From: a virus
Taxonomy: Duplodnaviria > Caudoviricetes
IMG/VR virus record: IMGVR_UViG_3300031673_000048
Coordinates: 1-58,763 of that record
Reading direction: 5' to 3' (one strand)
DNA: 58,763 nucleotides
The first letter of the stretch is position 1. The number at the start of each line of letters is the position of its first letter. Shown here piece after piece: positions 38,796-49,365 of the stretch. The notes under the pieces are model-generated. The model saw only the letters and a list, made by a program, of their open reading frames with translations. It was not told where the DNA came from and did not search any database. Position numbers and translations under genes: made by a program.

Positions 38796-41700
38796 GCATT
38801 ACCAAAACTGTAGCAATAAAGAATTTTCTCACCGCTTTCGCCCAACCCGATCTTGCAGAACTATATCACTATGGAATAGAAGTACAGGTTAATGCCGCCC
38901 AAGATGACGGTATACAAATTTCTGGTGATTTTAAGGGTCGGCAATGGAGAGGGTTCACTGATGGAGAAACGACTTGGAAATCTTTCAGAATTCCGTGGAA
39001 GGCAGCAACTAAAGCAGAATATACTGATACTGAACTGAAATGGGATTTGCGTGAGCACACAGAATCAATAGGAATGACTGGGTGGAATTGGGAAAAAAGA
39101 GTATCTAAATGGGTTGGCTTCGATTTTGATTCGGTTATAAGCCATAACGATGGCCTTACCGCAAAAGAATTACAAAATGTAACTAACGCCGCTACCGCGA
39201 TCCCTTGGGTAACTACAAGAAAATCAACCTCTGGGAATGGCCTTCATCTTTACGTTTTTGTTAATGATATTAGAACCAGTAATCATACTGAACACGCTGC
39301 TTTAGCTAGAGCAATTATTGGCAAAATGTCAGCTACAACTGGCTTTGATTTCAATAATCACGTTGATATATGTGGTGGAAATCTTTGGGTTTATCATCGT
39401 AAAATGATTGGGACTGATGGACTTGAATTAATTAAGCAAGGCGATATTTTATATGATATACCACCGAACTGGGAAGATCATATTCCTGTTATAAAAGGTA
39501 GACGTAAAAAGATTCTGCCGAGAGCAGTTAAAGAAGAAACACTTTTCGAGCAACTTACTGGCCAATATAATCATATTAAACTAGATTCTGAGCACCAACG
39601 ATTACTTGATTATCTTGAAGAAAAAGGATCATCTTGGTGGTACGATCAAGATAATAATTTATTAGTATGCCATTCATTCGACCTAAAAGAGGCTCATACT
39701 GATCTTAATCTCAGAGGCTTATACGATACAATAGCCACTGGTAAGGATAGGCCAGATCACAATTGTCTTAGCGGCGATACAGAGATTTTAACATCAACTG
39801 GCCCCCGCCAAATAAAAGATGTTGCCGAAGAAGGGCACGCTGAACTATATGTTTATACGCCTGAAGGTTATAAGTGGGTAGACTGTAAAGTACAATCATT
39901 TGGAAAGCAAACAACTATTCCAATCACATTTGGAAATAATGATACCATTCGTACTACTTTAGACCATGAATGGTTAGTTTATAACGACTCTGCTAAAAAG
40001 AATATTGATATTAATAGAAAAAAGAAGACTTTTGAATTAAGATTGGTTGAAAAAATACCGTTAGCACAATTAGAATTGTCTCCTATAGACTATGAGGGCT
40101 ACGCACATGGATTTGTGTTTGGTGACGGGCATGAAGTCTATGATAAAAGGCACATTAACCCAAAATTAACAACTTCAGTTGTATTATATAAGCATGACCA
40201 AGATTTGTTAAAATTATTTTCACAGTACGGTAATATAGGGTCTCGTATTGTTTCTAATTTTGGCAGAATACCAGAAGTACGCCAATTACCTTGGAATTGG
40301 AAATGCCTACCAAAAAATAAAACTAAGGGCTATGCTCTAGGATTCATTCTGGGGTTAATAAGTGCAGATGGGTCTTTGGATAAAAATTTTGGGCATATAA
40401 GATTAGGCCAAAATAATAAAGAGCACATAATTAAAATAAGAGAATTAGCTATTCACGCAGGACTACGTTGTGGAAAAATACATACACAAGTTTGCGAATC
40501 TGTTAATAGAAAAATAACTTTAAGCTATCGTTTTTCTATAAAATCATATAACTTAACTAAAAAACATTTTTTACGTTTAGATCATCAACAAAGATTTGTC
40601 AATAAAAATAATCAGCTTACAAATGTTAAATATATTGATTTTGATGATAAAATCGAAGAAGAAGTATTTTGTGCTATCGTTCCAAAGTGGCACAATTTTA
40701 CATTAGCCAATGGTATTATTACAGGAAATTGCTTTTGTAAGCCCGCTGAGCATCCTTCTGGGTCATGGGTAGTCCGCCGATTCAGCCAAGGCATACAAGA
40801 GACAGATACTTGGTTTCAAGACAATACTGGTTTTACTTGTACCAACTTCAATAGAGAACCTACTCTCGAAATCGCGGCTAGGACTCATGGTGCAGTTGAA
40901 GACGAGAAAGGTGCATACCATTTTCGTGAAGCCGAGGTTGCTACCACAGCCGTCTCAGCAATTGGAGCACATTTGAATCTACCGAGTTGGGCAGCCAATC
41001 GAAAGGCTACTATTAAAAAACACAAAGACGGGAAAAGAGTTATAGTCTCTATTAAAAGAGAACCGTCTGATAATCCGGTAGAAATGATCGGTTGGAAAGA
41101 AGAAAAAGATTGGTGGAAAAAGATTTTTGATGCTAAACTCCCAAAAGATGAGTCACTTGATAATCAAAATTATGATAGTATTGTTAGACATCTTGTTACA
41201 GTAGAACACCAAGATAGCGGTTGGGTTCTAAATGCTAATGATAATTGGCAAGCAGAGCCACTTAACCATTTACGTATAGCTTTAAAATCATTGGGATTAA
41301 ATGATTTTGAAATCAATAATGCTCTTGGCAAGTGCGTATTGGAAAGCTGGAAACTAGTTAATAAACCCTTTGAGCCTGAGTATCCTGGCAGCCGAGAATG
41401 GAATCGTGACGCTGTTCAATTAAAATACTTACCACAACAAGAAGAGCCGTTCGTACATACTAATTGGGATAGGCTACTCAACCAATGCGGGCACGGCCTT
41501 AACGACGCTGTGACCCGTAATGGTTGGTGCCTAGCCAATGGCATACAAACTGGTGCAGACTATTTGCGATTGTGGATAGCCTCATTATTTCAGTTTCCGA
41601 CTAAACACTTACCGTATTTATTCCTTTACTCTTTAGAACAACAAACAGGTAAAACAACATTACATGAATCATTGAAACTGCTTTTAACATCAAAAGGTTA

Positions 41701-42436
41701 TATGGATGTTAAAGCCGCTCTTATTAGCCAAGCTGGTTTTAATGAGGAAATAAAGAATGCTATAATTTGTGCTGTAGATGAATGCGATCTACGACAGAAT
41801 AAATATGCCTATAATAGAATAAAAGATTGGATCACTGGCGAAGATATTTTAATTCACCCAAAAGGTCGCACCCCATATATGGTGCAAAATATTGCTCATT
41901 TTATTCATACTGGGAATAATCCTAATGAGTTACCTGTATTTAGTGGTGATTCCCGGATTGTGGTAATAAAAGTACCACCAATTGAATTAGAAAAAATGAT
42001 ACCAAAAGATACTTTTCTTAAATTATTAGATAAAGAGGCTCCGGCATTCCTTGCTACTCTTTTCCATATAGATATACCCCCATGTAATGACAGATTAAGT
42101 ATACCTGTTATCGAAACCGAAGAGAAAGAGTTAAGTGCTAAATCTAATCGAAATGCGGTTGAAATATTTCTTGATGAGTGCTGTTACTATTCACCTGGTG
42201 ATAGTGTTCTTTACAGTGATCTTTGGGTACAATTTAATGAATGGCTTGATCCAGGAGAAACCATAGCATGGACTAAAATCAAAATGGGACGAACCCTACC
42301 GTCTATTTATCCGAAAGGTCGTTTAGCTACTGACGGTGGACAATTCCATATAGGTAATATCTCATTCGCTAAACCCGAAAAAATAAAATCGAAAAAATAT
42401 ATCCTTAAAAGCGATAATCTTGCTTTGGAGGATTAA
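38792..42436 (+). CDS. AEP-type primase / SF3 (D5-like) helicase fusion with intein
   Basis: FDFD, STSGNGLHLY; TGKTTL, AVDE, HTGN. Confidence 0.88.
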   Translation: MSITKTVAIKNFLTAFAQPDLAELYHYGIEVQVNAAQDDGIQISGDFKGRQWRGFTDGETTWKSFRIPWKAATKAEYTDTELKWDLREHTESIGMTGWNWEKRVSKWVGFDFDSVISHNDGLTAKELQNVTNAATAIPWVTTRKSTSGNGLHLYVFVNDIRTSNHTEHAALARAIIGKMSATTGFDFNNHVDICGGNLWVYHRKMIGTDGLELIKQGDILYDIPPNWEDHIPVIKGRRKKILPRAVKEETLFEQLTGQYNHIKLDSEHQRLLDYLEEKGSSWWYDQDNNLLVCHSFDLKEAHTDLNLRGLYDTIATGKDRPDHNCLSGDTEILTSTGPRQIKDVAEEGHAELYVYTPEGYKWVDCKVQSFGKQTTIPITFGNNDTIRTTLDHEWLVYNDSAKKNIDINRKKKTFELRLVEKIPLAQLELSPIDYEGYAHGFVFGDGHEVYDKRHINPKLTTSVVLYKHDQDLLKLFSQYGNIGSRIVSNFGRIPEVRQLPWNWKCLPKNKTKGYALGFILGLISADGSLDKNFGHIRLGQNNKEHIIKIRELAIHAGLRCGKIHTQVCESVNRKITLSYRFSIKSYNLTKKHFLRLDHQQRFVNKNNQLTNVKYIDFDDKIEEEVFCAIVPKWHNFTLANGIITGNCFCKPAEHPSGSWVVRRFSQGIQETDTWFQDNTGFTCTNFNREPTLEIAARTHGAVEDEKGAYHFREAEVATTAVSAIGAHLNLPSWAANRKATIKKHKDGKRVIVSIKREPSDNPVEMIGWKEEKDWWKKIFDAKLPKDESLDNQNYDSIVRHLVTVEHQDSGWVLNANDNWQAEPLNHLRIALKSLGLNDFEINNALGKCVLESWKLVNKPFEPEYPGSREWNRDAVQLKYLPQQEEPFVHTNWDRLLNQCGHGLNDAVTRNGWCLANGIQTGADYLRLWIASLFQFPTKHLPYLFLYSLEQQTGKTTLHESLKLLLTSKGYMDVKAALISQAGFNEEIKNAIICAVDECDLRQNKYAYNRIKDWITGEDILIHPKGRTPYMVQNIAHFIHTGNNPNELPVFSGDSRIVVIKVPPIELEKMIPKDTFLKLLDKEAPAFLATLFHIDIPPCNDRLSIPVIETEEKELSAKSNRNAVEIFLDECCYYSPGDSVLYSDLWVQFNEWLDPGETIAWTKIKMGRTLPSIYPKGRLATDGGQFHIGNISFAKPEKIKSKKYILKSDNLALED
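39764..40729 (+). mobile_element. Intein with LAGLIDADG endonuclease (322 aa)
   Basis: CLSGDT, TLDH, GFVFGDG, LGLISADG, VFC...ITGN|C. Confidence 0.92.
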
Positions 42437-42437
42437 T

Positions 42438-42641
42438 ATGATATTAAAATCAATCATTGACTCATTGAAACCAGAAGATCGAGCACGATTATTTCATGCT
42501 TTTGATCATTATTTCTCCCAGTTTGTTATATTACCTAATAACAAGTTCATAGGCGTCAATATGATTTGCAAATCAAATTTCATCGTTGAAGAACAGGTTG
42601 GTGCTTGGAGTTTTGGGTCAACTATAACTAATGATAACTAA
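42438..42641 (+). CDS. Hypothetical protein
   Basis: GGAGG RBS before MILKS. Confidence 0.55.
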   Translation: MILKSIIDSLKPEDRARLFHAFDHYFSQFVILPNNKFIGVNMICKSNFIVEEQVGAWSFGSTITNDN

Positions 42642-42783
42642 AAAGTGTTCAAAATGTGGGACCGTTAAATCAGCCGATGAATTTTATAGAAATTCATCTT
42701 CTATGGATTACTTACAGTCATGTTTCAATGATGATCCAATACTAACAGAAAAGGCATCAAAATACTTATGGGAACACCAATAA
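42631..42783 (+). pseudogene. Internally deleted Endo VII remnant (50 aa)
   Basis: KKCSKCG.VK...EFY start joined in frame to the FNDDPIL.EKA.KYL end. Confidence 0.7.
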
Positions 42784-42799
42784 CAAGGGAGAATAATAA

Positions 42800-43360
42800 A
42801 TGATCGTTATCGGATTCGGCTATAAAAAATCGTCAGGCAAATCAACTCTTGCCAAGTTTCTTAGCACTCATATCAATTGTACGCATCCTAAGTTACGAGT
42901 TACTGAGGTCAGTTTCGCGTCAAAGTTAAAGGATATTTCTTTTCAACTTTATGGATGGGCTGGTTTGAAGAGAGCGATTTATTATGAAACTCATTACACT
43001 GATAAAGAGATAATACTTCCATTGATTGGCATGTCGCCAAGAGAAATTTGGATAGGTATTGGTAATTCTCTTAGGGCTGTTTATTCTAATACATGGATAG
43101 ATTATGCTCTCAAAAGTATAAAGAGTGATATTATAATTATTAGTGACATGGGTTTCACTAATGAGGCAAGAGCTATTAGAACTAAAGGTGGCAAACTTAT
43201 TAAGTTAATTAGAGATAATCAACCGAAAGGAACCGATCCACGAGAAGTGGAACTGGATTCTTGGGCTGATTGGGATTTGGTTATTAATAATAATGGATCA
43301 TTAGATGATTTGTACAAACATGCTATAAGAATTTGGGAGAACTTTAATGACACCAAATGA
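42800..43360 (+). CDS. Deoxynucleoside monophosphate kinase
   Basis: GYKKSSGKST P-loop, SFA..LK, IISD..F.NE, INNNGSL. Confidence 0.85.
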   Translation: MIVIGFGYKKSSGKSTLAKFLSTHINCTHPKLRVTEVSFASKLKDISFQLYGWAGLKRAIYYETHYTDKEIILPLIGMSPREIWIGIGNSLRAVYSNTWIDYALKSIKSDIIIISDMGFTNEARAIRTKGGKLIKLIRDNQPKGTDPREVELDSWADWDLVINNNGSLDDLYKHAIRIWENFNDTK

Positions 43361-43610
43361 TAAAAAAATTAGTAAAATTAAAAAGCCCATTATTACAGAA
43401 GTAAAAGATAATACGCTAGTAACTATTTACTGTGCTGATGGGCCACTAAAAGGTAGCACTCATTCATCAGTAATTAGACGACGAAAAGTGCATATACCAA
43501 TACCAACTAATCCGTTCTATAAAACAGCGTGTTATTTAGTTACCGGGACTCTTACCCCGCTTAATGAACGAATCGCTGTATTTTCCCATTGTCAACGTCG
43601 CGATGGTTAA
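43347..43610 (+). CDS. Hypothetical protein
   Basis: Overlapping co-oriented ORF with GGAG RBS. Confidence 0.55.
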   Translation: MTPNDKKISKIKKPIITEVKDNTLVTIYCADGPLKGSTHSSVIRRRKVHIPIPTNPFYKTACYLVTGTLTPLNERIAVFSHCQRRDG

Positions 43611-43695
43611 TTATTTACCAGAATCTAAGAAATGTTCTAAGTGCAAAAGAGTATTACCACAATCTGAATTTTATTTTTGTAAATCAAGCAATTAA
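43603..43695 (+). pseudogene. Endo VII-type zinc-knuckle remnant (30 aa)
   Basis: YLPESKKCSKCK...SEFY matches YLPIKKKCSKCG...SEF of the intact Endo VII. Confidence 0.55.
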
Positions 43696-43713
43696 ATATT
43701 TAAAGGATAAACA

Positions 43714-44268
43714 ATGAATAGATTAAAATTCAATAGGGCTTATCTTTGCGGATCAATGGAAAACAGTCCTGATACTGGTCAAGACTGGCGTATACGATTG
43801 CAAAAAGAATTAGAAGATTTGCAAATAGTGTGGTTAGATCCAACAAACAAGCCATCAGTGCATAGTATAGAAGACGAAAACACTATTGGTTTTCTAAATG
43901 AACTTAGGAATAAAGGCAGTTACGATATTATTAGTGACATTATGCGGCCCATACGAAATATGGATTTACGGCTTGTTGATGTAAGTGATTTTCTTGTAGT
44001 TCATATTGATAATACCATCAATTCTACTGGCACATTTGAAGAACTCTTCTGGGCTAATCGACAGAAAAAGCCGATTATAGTTCATTGTGAGCAAGGCAAA
44101 AAAGCTATAGGACTCTGGTTTTTTGGAACACTATCGCATGAATTATTCTTTGATACTTGGGATGAAGTCTATAACTATATTCGATTAGTTGATAGTGATA
44201 AAGCCAATGTTGATGACAGATGGAAGTTCTTTGATTTTAAACTCTGTGGGAAAAATGATGGTAAATAA
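43714..44268 (+). CDS. Nucleoside 2-deoxyribosyltransferase / DNPH1 (RCL)-like N-glycosidase
   Basis: YLCGSM, DL..V..SD, STGTFEEL, KP. Confidence 0.85.
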   Translation: MNRLKFNRAYLCGSMENSPDTGQDWRIRLQKELEDLQIVWLDPTNKPSVHSIEDENTIGFLNELRNKGSYDIISDIMRPIRNMDLRLVDVSDFLVVHIDNTINSTGTFEELFWANRQKKPIIVHCEQGKKAIGLWFFGTLSHELFFDTWDEVYNYIRLVDSDKANVDDRWKFFDFKLCGKNDGK

Positions 44269-44809
44269 AGTATGCTCCAGTTGTGGTTTAACGAAATTAG
44301 TAAATGAATTTTATAAGGATTCGTCAACAAAATATGGGTATAAATGTTACTGTAAAGATTGCGATAGATTAAAAAGAAACCATAAGAAGCGTACTAATAG
44401 TAGTTATTTACCAATAAAAAAGAAATGTTCAAAATGTGGTTCAATAAAACTACAATCAGAATTTGCCTTTGCTAGTATAAATAGTACAGGATTATACAGT
44501 TGGTGCAAGCAATGTGTCGCCAATTCTCAGAAAGATCACAGTCTTCGCTCTCGTTACGGGATTACAGAGAAAGAATATAATAATTTATTAGTGCAGCAAC
44601 AATGTGTTTGTGTTATTTGTGCTAAAAAGGAAATATCTAAGCACCAAAATGGCAATATTAAAGAATTAGCAGTGGATCACAACCATGTAACTAATGAAAT
44701 CCGTGGACTATTATGCCAAAAATGTAATACGATATTGGGTCTTTGTAATGAGGACATTAATATTCTAGAAAGTGCAATTACATACATAAAGGAGCACAGT
44801 CATAGCTAA
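44255..44809 (+). CDS. Endonuclease VII-family homing endonuclease (intact)
   Basis: RYGIT, CVIC, LAVDHNH, IRGLLCQKCN. Confidence 0.88.
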   Translation: MMVNKVCSSCGLTKLVNEFYKDSSTKYGYKCYCKDCDRLKRNHKKRTNSSYLPIKKKCSKCGSIKLQSEFAFASINSTGLYSWCKQCVANSQKDHSLRSRYGITEKEYNNLLVQQQCVCVICAKKEISKHQNGNIKELAVDHNHVTNEIRGLLCQKCNTILGLCNEDINILESAITYIKEHSHS

Positions 44810-45410
44810 ATCATCAGTACACTTGAACGGAAATCTTTTATGCGCAGTCGACGTTGAAACAACAGGACTATGTGCTGGATTCCATGAAATATGGCAGTTA
44901 GCTATACTGCCATTAGATTCGGCATATAAACCGTCCAAAGAATTTGCCCCATTCTATCAGGAAATGCGTATACAATATCCTGATCGAATAGACAGCAAAG
45001 CTATAAAACTCAGCCGCAATAATTTTGCTTTAAAACAGCAAAGAGCATTAGATCCATTCACTTGTGCAGATATGTTTGAGGAATGGTTTCATAAACTGGA
45101 CCTACCAATTTATAAGAGAATCGTACCACTAGCACATAATTGGCCTTTTGATAGATCATTTTTATTAGATTGGTTAGGCGAAGCATCATTTTTTGATTTC
45201 TTTCATGCACACTACCGTGACTCAATGGCAGCAGCTATTTTCTTAATGGATTTAGCAAACTATAAATGTGACCAAGTAACATTAGCTAAATTCAGTTTAG
45301 CGTCAATGTGTGGTAAATTTAATGTAACTAATATGAAAGCTCACGATGCACTTCAAGACTGTATAGCTACAGCAGAAGTATATCGACGATTGTTAGGATT
45401 TGCTTCTTGA
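44802..45410 (+). CDS. DEDDh 3'-5' exonuclease
   Basis: VDVETTG, AHNWPFD, HDALQD; AAGGAG RBS precedes an in-frame ATA at 44802 (ORF track start 44823). Confidence 0.88.
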   Translation: MAKSSVHLNGNLLCAVDVETTGLCAGFHEIWQLAILPLDSAYKPSKEFAPFYQEMRIQYPDRIDSKAIKLSRNNFALKQQRALDPFTCADMFEEWFHKLDLPIYKRIVPLAHNWPFDRSFLLDWLGEASFFDFFHAHYRDSMAAAIFLMDLANYKCDQVTLAKFSLASMCGKFNVTNMKAHDALQDCIATAEVYRRLLGFAS

Positions 45411-45427
45411 TTTTAAAATCATGCTTC

Positions 45428-46036
45428 TTAAAATAAATTTTGTGGGCAATGTTCTGTTGCCATTTTTAATTTATTGGTAAGTGCTAAGCCCTTAGGTACA
45501 ACTCTACATCCACATCCCTTGCATCGGCTGGTTTCCTTATCGTACCAATCACATGATTTACAATGTTTTTCATATATTTCTTTAATTTCGTCATCAGTCC
45601 GTTTTGGTCTACCGGCCTTAATCCACCTAGTTACTGCTAACCTATAATTATTTACTTGTGTAATTAAAGAAGGGTATTCTTTATTTTCTCCACTCTCTAA
45701 TAGTCCCACCTTTTGGAATTCATTATATTCTCTTAATATTTTCTCTGGATCAAGATTATATTTTATTAATTCGTGTAAACAAATCTTGCATTCTTTCAGA
45801 GAAACTATCCCACCAGTACCATTACAGCGAGCCGCTTTATTATCTATTGGTTCGCGTCTAGGGCATTTTCCACACTCGACATCCCAGACATTAAAATCAT
45901 TATTTGATTTATTAAAATGACATTCTTCACAAATAGTAGCAACTATTTGTCCATGAAGATCACTTTTCTTATTGATACAACGGTACTCTTCTTTACCGTT
46001 TGTTATCATTCGTTGTCGTTTCTGGCATGTTATCAT
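45428..46036 (-). CDS. Cys-rich protein at the end of the tail operon
   Basis: CKSC...CKGCGC...K...TEHCP C-terminus. Confidence 0.65.
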   Translation of the reverse strand: MITCQKRQRMITNGKEEYRCINKKSDLHGQIVATICEECHFNKSNNDFNVWDVECGKCPRREPIDNKAARCNGTGGIVSLKECKICLHELIKYNLDPEKILREYNEFQKVGLLESGENKEYPSLITQVNNYRLAVTRWIKAGRPKRTDDEIKEIYEKHCKSCDWYDKETSRCKGCGCRVVPKGLALTNKLKMATEHCPQNLF

Positions 46037-46037
46037 A

Positions 46038-48968
46038 TTATGATCCTGGTAATACTATATCATCGCATCTTTCTGTAATACTTATATACCTTTGTCCTTC
46101 TGGACACGGATTATTTTGACGACCTTGATTTGGGGCACTTGAATCTCCTGGTGATGTTTCACCATCTTCACCTGGAGGACATACTTTCTGTACACTGCTT
46201 GGACATCCATAAATTTTTGTTTGTCCTGTACAAAAACCACTACAACTGTTTCCACAACCCTCTGACGTTATTTTCTTTTGGTAAGTTTCTGCTGAAAATA
46301 AAGCACCAAAAACATGACACATTTTAGATGGCACTCCAGTACAAACACCCTCACTACAACCTGGTGAGCATGGTCCCCCACAAGTATCAGGTTTAGTTAC
46401 AAGTATTGGAGTAATATAACCTACAATTACTTCATATTTACAACCAGCACTATATGAAACTGACCCACATACCATTGTTGGTTTATCATCTTTATTGCCA
46501 CCTCCTCCTGGGGTCGATGATTCATCCATTTTTGCCTTAGCTATTGCTTTCGCTACTTCAATTTCATAATCAATTTCTTCATATACTTCCTCTAAATCGA
46601 CCAAATCAGAAATTTCACAAGAAACTACAGGTAAAGTGTCATCTAAGTCTGATGGATTTCTATCACCAGTTGATAATACATTGCCAGTAGATTCTCCACC
46701 ACCAAGTAAAAGGTGATTTATTGGTGGTGTGATCTCGAAACTATAACCAGCATTTTGACTTTCATCGTCTGGTGCTGGAAATGTTTCTAGTGCATTTTGA
46801 GCCGCTGGCCATGCCCAAATATATGGTGTTGTTTTTCCAGCTAAAATAGGCGTCCAAACCTCGAAATGTATAGTATTATCTGACCAATTATAATTAATAC
46901 TTGTTACAACACATTTACTTGAAAATTGTGCAGTATTTAGTGTTATGCAATCCCATACATCAATATCTAGTTGGGTTAGTGGAGTATCAAATTCAACTAC
47001 TTTCCAGGAATTAGAGTCTCTTATTAACCAAAATGTTGATGATTTTAATATCGTTGAATATGTATTTTGTGTATAATAATCTTTTGAGTCTTCTCGTATA
47101 CCGTATCTTTCTATATTATGTTTTAATGTAAAACTTAGATCAATTTCATCTTCTTCTTGAATACCGGCACCAGTTTTCTTCCAACTTATAATTTGTTTTG
47201 TAATTACATTATCACTCTCTGTTAATTTTATTTTGAGAGTATTAGTAATAATATTACTTTCAGTTAGAGTACGAACCGAAACCGGTTCTACCGAAAGATA
47301 TTTAATAAACACAATATTATTGCGAATATAGATACCGCAACGTGATTGATAAGCAATATCTTGTATTAAATCATAAACACTTTTTCGTTCTTGTAACCAG
47401 AAATTACTTGGATAATTAGTCAATAATATTTTAACAGCAGCGAAACTTACTGCATCAACAGTGTAGTTTGTATATTTTCCTATTAACCATTCAATAATAT
47501 CTACTGGATTAGGGCCAACAGTAGAAATAAATGATACATATAATTGATTATCCCAATTCTCGTCATACTCACTTAAATTTTTTACTAGACCAATTTCGAC
47601 AACATCATATCCAATATAATTAGTATTATAAACTGTATAGTATCCAGTTGGAACTTCCATCAATAATTTTCTACCTGTTGGCATAGTGTAATAAGCAGCC
47701 ACCATATCAACAACACCTGGTAACAAACTAACAATATTAAGTATTTCTTTCTCTTCTTCAAGTAACACTTCTGAACCTGCTGGGCACCAATGAAAACCAG
47801 CAGATTTCATTTCGTTAAAAGCTTCCCAAGATTCACCTGGACCACCTAAAGATTCTTGACTAATTGTTGATTGGTCATCACATTCTGCTTGTGTTATTGG
47901 TGTTCCAGTATAACGATATGCTGTGCCTGAAGCCGTAGCTGTCCATCCACTTATATCACCACTAACTCGTTTTAGGCCGTAACTACGATCATCTACCGCA
48001 TGACAAGATTGATGTTCCCAATCAGCATAATCTGGATGCTCACGATCAGTTACAGCAAAAGTTGTACCGCTAAAAGTTCCACGAAATCTAGCTCCTTCAA
48101 TATTAATAGTGACTTTAACATTTTGTGGAAATGAGTCGCCATTTCTAATATCAAGAGTAGCGTGTTCATACGCACTTTGTTGCCTATCATATCCTAACAA
48201 ATTACAAATAGCCTCAAAACGTTTTACAACACAATCTAAATCTGGTCCCCATACCATTTCTTTAGCCTCAGTAAATGTATTACTTGGGCCTTGAGCTAAT
48301 GTTGTTGTTTCACCTTTACTTTCAGCAGGGCATTGAATTAATCTCGCCTGGCAAAGGCGTGGTGCGATTGTAAAATCACGTATTCCTTCTCCTCTAAGTA
48401 GAACACCTTTTCTTGGAGAACGAACCACCAATGTAGGCATATTACAAACATGACCAAAAACTAATGGCCATGCTTTACCTAATGCTTCATCGGGGATAGA
48501 AGGAAAATCGCCTTCTTCCATCGAAAAGCCTACATCAATACTGTCCCGATTTGATAAAACATCAAAAGATAATGTGCGTGCTCCTTCGTCCCAGATAATA
48601 GGGCTATTAATCTCGCCATTAAAGAAAAGTGTTTTATAATCTAAATGTAATCCTTTAAATAAGAAATATACAGAAACAGGCTGCTTCTGTATATTATTAT
48701 TATTCAATATCTCTTTGATTTTAGTATCAGTATCATCTAAAGTAACAGAAATAGACTGTGAATCATTAATACTAGATATAGTTTGTGTAGTATCAAAATC
48801 ACCGATCTCAATAATAGTTGGATATGGATAATTTTGACCGCCTATTTTTTGGTCTGAATATAGTTGTACTATACCATCTTTAACCCATTGAATACCGAGC
48901 ACTAAAATAAGTTCGGCACCTCGGTTTTCATTTAATAGAGTCAGAGTTTGTGGTGTTACAGCCCTCAT
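46038..48968 (-). CDS. Tail tip / hub protein
   Basis: 976 aa downstream of the tape measure; WPLVFG, NPVDII motifs; Cys-rich C-terminus. Confidence 0.7.
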   Translation of the reverse strand: MRAVTPQTLTLLNENRGAELILVLGIQWVKDGIVQLYSDQKIGGQNYPYPTIIEIGDFDTTQTISSINDSQSISVTLDDTDTKIKEILNNNNIQKQPVSVYFLFKGLHLDYKTLFFNGEINSPIIWDEGARTLSFDVLSNRDSIDVGFSMEEGDFPSIPDEALGKAWPLVFGHVCNMPTLVVRSPRKGVLLRGEGIRDFTIAPRLCQARLIQCPAESKGETTTLAQGPSNTFTEAKEMVWGPDLDCVVKRFEAICNLLGYDRQQSAYEHATLDIRNGDSFPQNVKVTINIEGARFRGTFSGTTFAVTDREHPDYADWEHQSCHAVDDRSYGLKRVSGDISGWTATASGTAYRYTGTPITQAECDDQSTISQESLGGPGESWEAFNEMKSAGFHWCPAGSEVLLEEEKEILNIVSLLPGVVDMVAAYYTMPTGRKLLMEVPTGYYTVYNTNYIGYDVVEIGLVKNLSEYDENWDNQLYVSFISTVGPNPVDIIEWLIGKYTNYTVDAVSFAAVKILLTNYPSNFWLQERKSVYDLIQDIAYQSRCGIYIRNNIVFIKYLSVEPVSVRTLTESNIITNTLKIKLTESDNVITKQIISWKKTGAGIQEEDEIDLSFTLKHNIERYGIREDSKDYYTQNTYSTILKSSTFWLIRDSNSWKVVEFDTPLTQLDIDVWDCITLNTAQFSSKCVVTSINYNWSDNTIHFEVWTPILAGKTTPYIWAWPAAQNALETFPAPDDESQNAGYSFEITPPINHLLLGGGESTGNVLSTGDRNPSDLDDTLPVVSCEISDLVDLEEVYEEIDYEIEVAKAIAKAKMDESSTPGGGGNKDDKPTMVCGSVSYSAGCKYEVIVGYITPILVTKPDTCGGPCSPGCSEGVCTGVPSKMCHVFGALFSAETYQKKITSEGCGNSCSGFCTGQTKIYGCPSSVQKVCPPGEDGETSPGDSSAPNQGRQNNPCPEGQRYISITERCDDIVLPGS

Positions 48969-49348
48969 ATTTTTTCCTCAAACTCTAACGTCGCCCGCTG
49001 TGTTTCATCGCCGGGAAAACTACCGGCTCTTTCGCCACTACCTAACTCAAAAGGGTTATTTAATAAATAAGCAATATAGATATTATTATATGAATCTGTT
49101 ATTCTCATAGCTGAACTATAGTACGATTGTACAAATGATTTTAATTCAATAGATTTATGCCGTGATAACAAAAACGACCATTGTAATTTTCGTCGACCTT
49201 GCTTGTTCTTTTTGTAAGTTTGTGCTAACCCATTCATAGCTCTTAATACTTGAACAGTGCCAACACTATTACTATTATTAGCCCAATCAGGGCTAGGGAG
49301 TACAGTTGTCGTTTGGTATCCAGGATATGGTGCTTCTAATTTAAACAT
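48965..49348 (-). CDS. Minor tail protein (distal tail-like)
   Basis: Position; similar to the C-terminal domain of the adjacent gene (F.LE.P...T.LL..P). Confidence 0.55.
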   Translation of the reverse strand: MFKLEAPYPGYQTTTVLPSPDWANNSNSVGTVQVLRAMNGLAQTYKKNKQGRRKLQWSFLLSRHKSIELKSFVQSYYSSAMRITDSYNNIYIAYLLNNPFELGSGERAGSFPGDETQRATLEFEEKI

Positions 49349-49365
49349 TTCTTAGAAAATCTTTC

